From the NCBI GenBank assembly GCA_028534125.1, contig CM052841.1:61380001-61444000 (forward strand): a DNA stretch of 64,000 nucleotides. The letters run 5' to 3'. Positions 59,447 through 64,000 of the stretch are shown here, one piece after another. A model generated the notes under the pieces. That model did no database searches and was not told where the DNA came from. It saw only the letters and a program-made list of their open reading frames with translations. Every line of letters begins with the position of its first letter. Within the stretch, counting starts at the first letter, position 1. This DNA comes from Lama glama (Eukaryota). The translations under genes were made by a program, and so were the position numbers.

Positions 59447-62400
59447 GGTTGTATTTTTCATTGCCTTGTAATGAATTTGACCAAAAGTTTAAATCAGATG
59501 TAGATAACTGGGATAAGGCTACCCGTGAGGACGGAGGTTCTCTTTTTCCACTCACCACCTGACCACAGAGGGCCTCACCTGACCCATCTGGTCCAATCAC
59601 AGCACGCCAGCCCCCAGCCGGACGGGGATTCTCACTAGGCCTGTTTGAGTTCTTTGCCGGTTTGTTTTGTTTTTCTGAAGCCAGGGAGAGAGGGGATCTC
59701 TCTTAGTCACGGTGCTGTCATATCCTGACATCACAGCTGCACGTGGCCCTGACCTCTGCCACACGGGAGACCTGAGTAAAGGGGGTGTGCCGCTGAACCC
59801 CGAGGGGCCAGTTAAGGGTGGAAAGAGTGCACAGTGCAGGCAGCTCGTGCCCCCTCTCCAGCCCCACCCTCCCGGTGGCTGGGTTCTGTGGTGCAGCCCC
59901 TGGTCTTGGGAGCCATTCTGGAATTCTTAAAGTCTTTACCTCTTTTGAAGCTGGACCCAGGTGAATTTTTGTCACTTTCAACTAAAAGGGTTCTGACTTA
60001 TACATTTTCCCCCCGTCTTTCATTTAAGAAATGTTTACTGAGAGCCTATGGGGCAGCAGATGCTGTGGTGCTGTTGGGGAGACGGCTGTGGGCAGAGCAA
60101 ACGTGGTCCCCGACCCTCGGTGTTCAGAGCCCAGAGGGGACAGGCGTTAATTAATCAGCAGATCGGACAGATGCAGACGAGGCTCTGAACCCTGCTGTGT
60201 CACGTGCTGTCCAGACGACCTTAGGCAAGTTGTCTGCATTCTCTGAGCCCAGGTCCCTGGTCTGTACGTGGGGCTGCCTATGGGTTCAGGGAGATGAGAT
60301 GTGGTGCTGGCGGCAGCCCTCAGGGAATGGAACCACCTAACAGCAGGAGGATTATCCTCCTTTTATTGCAAGGCGACTGACTGTTACGAGGAGAGGCCGA
60401 GGTGGGCGGGGGGTGCTCTGAGGGCATGGGGATAAGTCAGTGTGCAGTGGGCCCTGCCCAGGCGGTGGGGACAGCAGGGCAGCGTGCGTGGGCTCTTGTC
60501 CATAGCCTCATATTTCGTGATACGGTGTAGCATACTGATCGTACTGGTCTCTAGAATGTTCTTCAGTATTAGAGCCAGAAGTTCCAACCCCTCGCTTACT
60601 GATAAGGGGACAGGACCCCAGGGGAGGATAGTGATTCGTCCACAGCTGAGTTGCCAGTAAGGGGCGGCTCTGAAACAAGAGCCCAGAACCGTCCGTCGGG
60701 AGGACAGGCACCAGCAATCACAGGCCAGTGCGAGAGGCGGAACCGGAACCATCCTGGGCGCAGGCTCATCCCTGGAGCAGGTGTCGGACAAGCTCACAAA
60801 CTGTGCTGTCCTCAGGTTGTCAAAGAGGCCCTGGAAAGGAGCCCACCATGCCGATTGCCAGCTACAGGGCAGTGTGTCCATAGAGGTCTGCCACTAAAGG
60901 ACAGAGTCTGGGTCCCACCCTGGCTGTGTGGCCTCAGGCACCCCGAGTCTCGATGTCCATGTCTGTGAAGTGGGCCTGACTCCGGGAGCCCCTCAGAGGG
61001 CTGTGCGAGGACTCCACAGAGCTCACAGGTGAAGCCTGGTGTCGACATCCGCCAGGGTACTTACTAGTTTGTTACTGATGTGCTAGGTTCACAGTTGCTG
61101 GTGGGTAGGCAGCCCTTTCATTGGCCGTAAGTTTTAGCTCAAACCTAATCTGAATTCTCTATGTCTTGTTCTGGTCTTGGCAGAGATGAGGAGCCCTAGT
61201 TTGGGTCCCACAGGATCTCTCCCTGTTTTCTGCCCCTGTTCCTCACCCTGCACCTCGACTGTCTGCTCTTACAAGGGATGGAAGCTGATCCTTCCCGGGG
61301 AGATGTGTCGAGACCTCAGGGCCAACAGTGCCTTGTCTGGGCTCACCCTGCCTCAGAGGAAGGTCCCACTGTCCTGTGCTGACTTGTGGCAGGCCTGGCG
61401 AGGCAGGAGTTGAAAAGCCACCCTGTTCCCCCATCCCCAGGAGGCTGCTGGTACAGCTGGGGCTGGGAGAAATTTCCAGACCTGCCCTTCTGGGTCACTC
61501 TGACTAGGGAGGCCCCAGGAAGGTGTGTCTGCCAGGGCTGTGGCCGACTCGCCCGTCCACGCCAACCAGTCCACGCCACCCAGTCTTTTCCTTCTCGGGA
61601 AAGGGCACCCTCCTCAGCAGCTGCACAAACAGTCCTGAACCCAACCCGCTGTGCTGGCCACAGAGGCCCCTGCGGACAGGACCAGTAGACCTGTGGGGAG
61701 GTGGATGCCACACAGGCAGTGGTATGACCACCCGAGGGCCAGGGCTCAGAGAATCTGCCTTGGGCCACGTGTGAGTAGCGATGGGTCAGCAGAGCGAGGG
61801 CGGCGGGAAGAACAGAGGCCTCCTCGGCAGAGGGAGACCCAGTCTCCAGGGTCAGATGGGCTATAACCTGTCACCACTCCCCAGGGGCCATGGAACGTCC
61901 CCGGGCCTTGTCCTCCGTGGAAAGCAGCTGTGAGGATCCAATAAGGCAAAAGGAGTTTGTTTCTCCAAACTTTGGGCATTGGTGACAATCTTTACTAGTC
62001 CTACCGACGTTCTGGCTCAGGTTTTCTCTTTAAATCTACTTTATTCTTATCTGTGATATTGAGGGTTTGGTGTGCAGTAGTTTTTCTAATACGTGCAAAA
62101 ATAGATACAAATGTCCATCCCTGGACCAACATGACCCTCTAAGTGAGAGTGTCTGCATGTTGGGGAACACGGATGACACGTGTTGATCACTGGTGCTGAT
62201 GCTCGGCACGTGGTGAGCTCTGAGCAGGGGTCAGCTCGTGCGCTGTTACATTGATTATTGTTGCCACTGTCTGGGCAGCAAGCCTGCAGGAGGGAAGGGG
62301 GTGGCACTTGGGCTCTCTCTACCTCAGCCCTGCTTCTCCGCCCAAGGAGGTCCCGTCCTCTTCCTTTTCCTGCTTTTCCTCCCACCTTGAGAGTCGGCTT

Positions 62401-64000
62401 TGTGGCGTCCGAGAAGGCAGTGAGCCAGGAGAGTGCCTGACCTTGGGGCCGTGTAAAGCGATGGCTCTGATTATCTGCAGTCAAGACGAGACTGGACAGG
62501 ACGCACTCAGTTCGCAGTAGGGCTGCAGCAGCCCCTGTCCACCTCCTGGGGCCCTCAGGGAAGGCATCTGGGGTGTCCAGCACTTAAGACAATGCCTCAG
62601 TGCCTACTCGGGTTGGGACCTTTCCGCTTCCATGGAAAAATGAGTCCCCTGGGGCCTTCCACCAACAGAACCGTCCACCAGAACCACACGGTGGCCTGCG
62701 GTCAGCTTGTACAGAGGAGTGTGTTTATGTGAAGGGCACACCTAAACCCTGAGAGTGCTTATTTCACAACGGTGGGATTACAGGCAGTTATTTTTCTCAT
62801 TATGCTTTTCTCTGTTTTCTAGGATGAACATAAATTCCCTTTAATCAGAAAAGAAATGTCCTTTTAAACCTTAAAAAAAAAAAAGTAAGACAGTATAGGT
62901 AGGAAGACATTAAAGATCCCCAGACGAGCAGGGGTCAGCCAGGGAGTCCACGCTGGAGGCCGTGGAGGAGGGTGTGGCGGGAAGTCGGGTGGGGAGTGGG
63001 GCAGAGCAGGAAGCAGGCAGGGTGCCTGCAGGGAGGGACAGCTGGGGGTGGGAGGTAGGCAGCTGTTGGGGAAAACCAGCTACCAAAGGGAATAGGAGAC
63101 ACCCCCAGGAGGGGCAGGACTGCAGAGTGGGCTGTTGGCCCTGCTGAGGTTAGAAATTGGGCATTTGGAGGGATGGCCATGGTGCAGTTGGGTGATTGCC
63201 TCCCGCAGCACTAGGGGCCTGCACAGCGTCTGGGGGCTGCTCCCGAGGTGGATGAGAGCCTGCACCCGGCCAAGGAGAGGCCCCGGGGGTGAAGGCCCAA
63301 GTGAGACTGGGGTTCAGGTGATCACCCCTCCAGTCATACATAAACCCTGACAGAAAAAAAGAGGGAAGAGGTGAACTGAAGCTTGAGATTTTTGTGCCAA
63401 ACTGAAATTCCTACTTACTCAACCTTCAAATATTCTTTTAAGTTTTAGAGATCCTGTAGCCTGCAGCAACACAGGGCCGCCTCCCTGCCTGGCTGTCTCC
63501 CTTGTCTTGCTCAGAAGCCACCCTTAGGGGTTCACAACTCCGGCGCCCTCTGCGCCAGCCAACAGTCTGACCGCTGCCAGGGAGCCACATGTGATCTCAG
63601 GCTAGTGGGCCCCAGATTTGGGATTTCATGGGCAAAAAGAATGTTTGGAGACTCTCACAAGGCTGCCAACTTCCCCCTCAACCCAATGGCGAGTAAAGAA
63701 AATATAAACTATCATCATTTTTTTCCCAGAGGAAAGAACATTTTAATACCAACAATGTAAGTAGGCCATAATCTCAGAATAAAAGATATTTTTCCCTAAG
63801 CAAGGATAATTGCCAGACTTTTGCTGACACGGTTTTTTTTTTAAAGTTTTTGAAAAATGTAGTCTTTATTTTAAATGTTTTGAATATGGAACATCGCCAC
63901 ATAAATTTTATTGCATGTTTTTACCATATATGTAAATGCATCTTTGGTACAAATTTGTCATTTTGGAGTATGTATTCAGCAGCCCGTTGAAGTATTCAGT

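Larger units (their letters stand above)
1..64000 (+). other. RALGPS1: Probable large intron of the host gene RALGPS1 (no host exon seen in the window)
   Basis: Inferred from the known nesting of ANGPTL2 antisense within a RALGPS1 intron in mammals. No RasGEF or PH-domain coding sequence is recognisable here, so there is no direct sequence support. Confidence 0.6.

Noticed and set aside
60384-60881. 165-aa minus-strand ORF with a protein-like middle, and the possibility of a RALGPS1 exon nearby
   Set aside because: No resemblance to RasGEF, PH or any family I recognise, and part overlaps MIR-like sequence. A BLASTx search would settle it.

Overview
Mammalian genomic DNA, probably from a camelid (alpaca, vicuna or camel), based on a tRNA-Ala-derived Vic-1-type SINE and no Alu, B1/B2, Bov-A/BovB, PRE-1 or Can-SINE that I could recognise. 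The window contains the whole ANGPTL2 (angiopoietin-like 2) gene on the minus strand. Its parts are non-coding exon 1 (ends at 42728, with the start probably inside the N-gap 43057-43308), exon 2 (30035-29170, ATG at 29986), exon 3 (15783-15590), exon 4 (13858-13588) and exon 5 (11319 to about 9555, stop at 11120-11122). The coding parts sum to 817+194+271+200 = 1482 nt, or 493 aa plus stop, and all four introns are GT-AG. In other mammals ANGPTL2 lies antisense inside a large RALGPS1 intron. I found no RALGPS1 exon here, so the whole window is probably host intron (inferred from synteny only). The rest is ancient interspersed repeats (MIR, L2, L1M, MLT1 and LTR33 LTRs, hAT/MER elements) and four N-gaps. 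Nearly all other ORF-track entries are chance ORFs. I found no new protein-coding or mobile system. The strongest leads are post-transcriptional control of ANGPTL2: five upstream AUGs in exon 1 including an AUG-UGA start-stop, proximal versus distal poly(A) signals with miRNA seed matches packed into the last ~170 nt of the long UTR, a miR-135 site overlapping the distal AAUAAA, and a perfect 12-bp hairpin in the 3' UTR. Repeat family names and comparisons with human come from memory, not database searches, and repeat boundaries are approximate.
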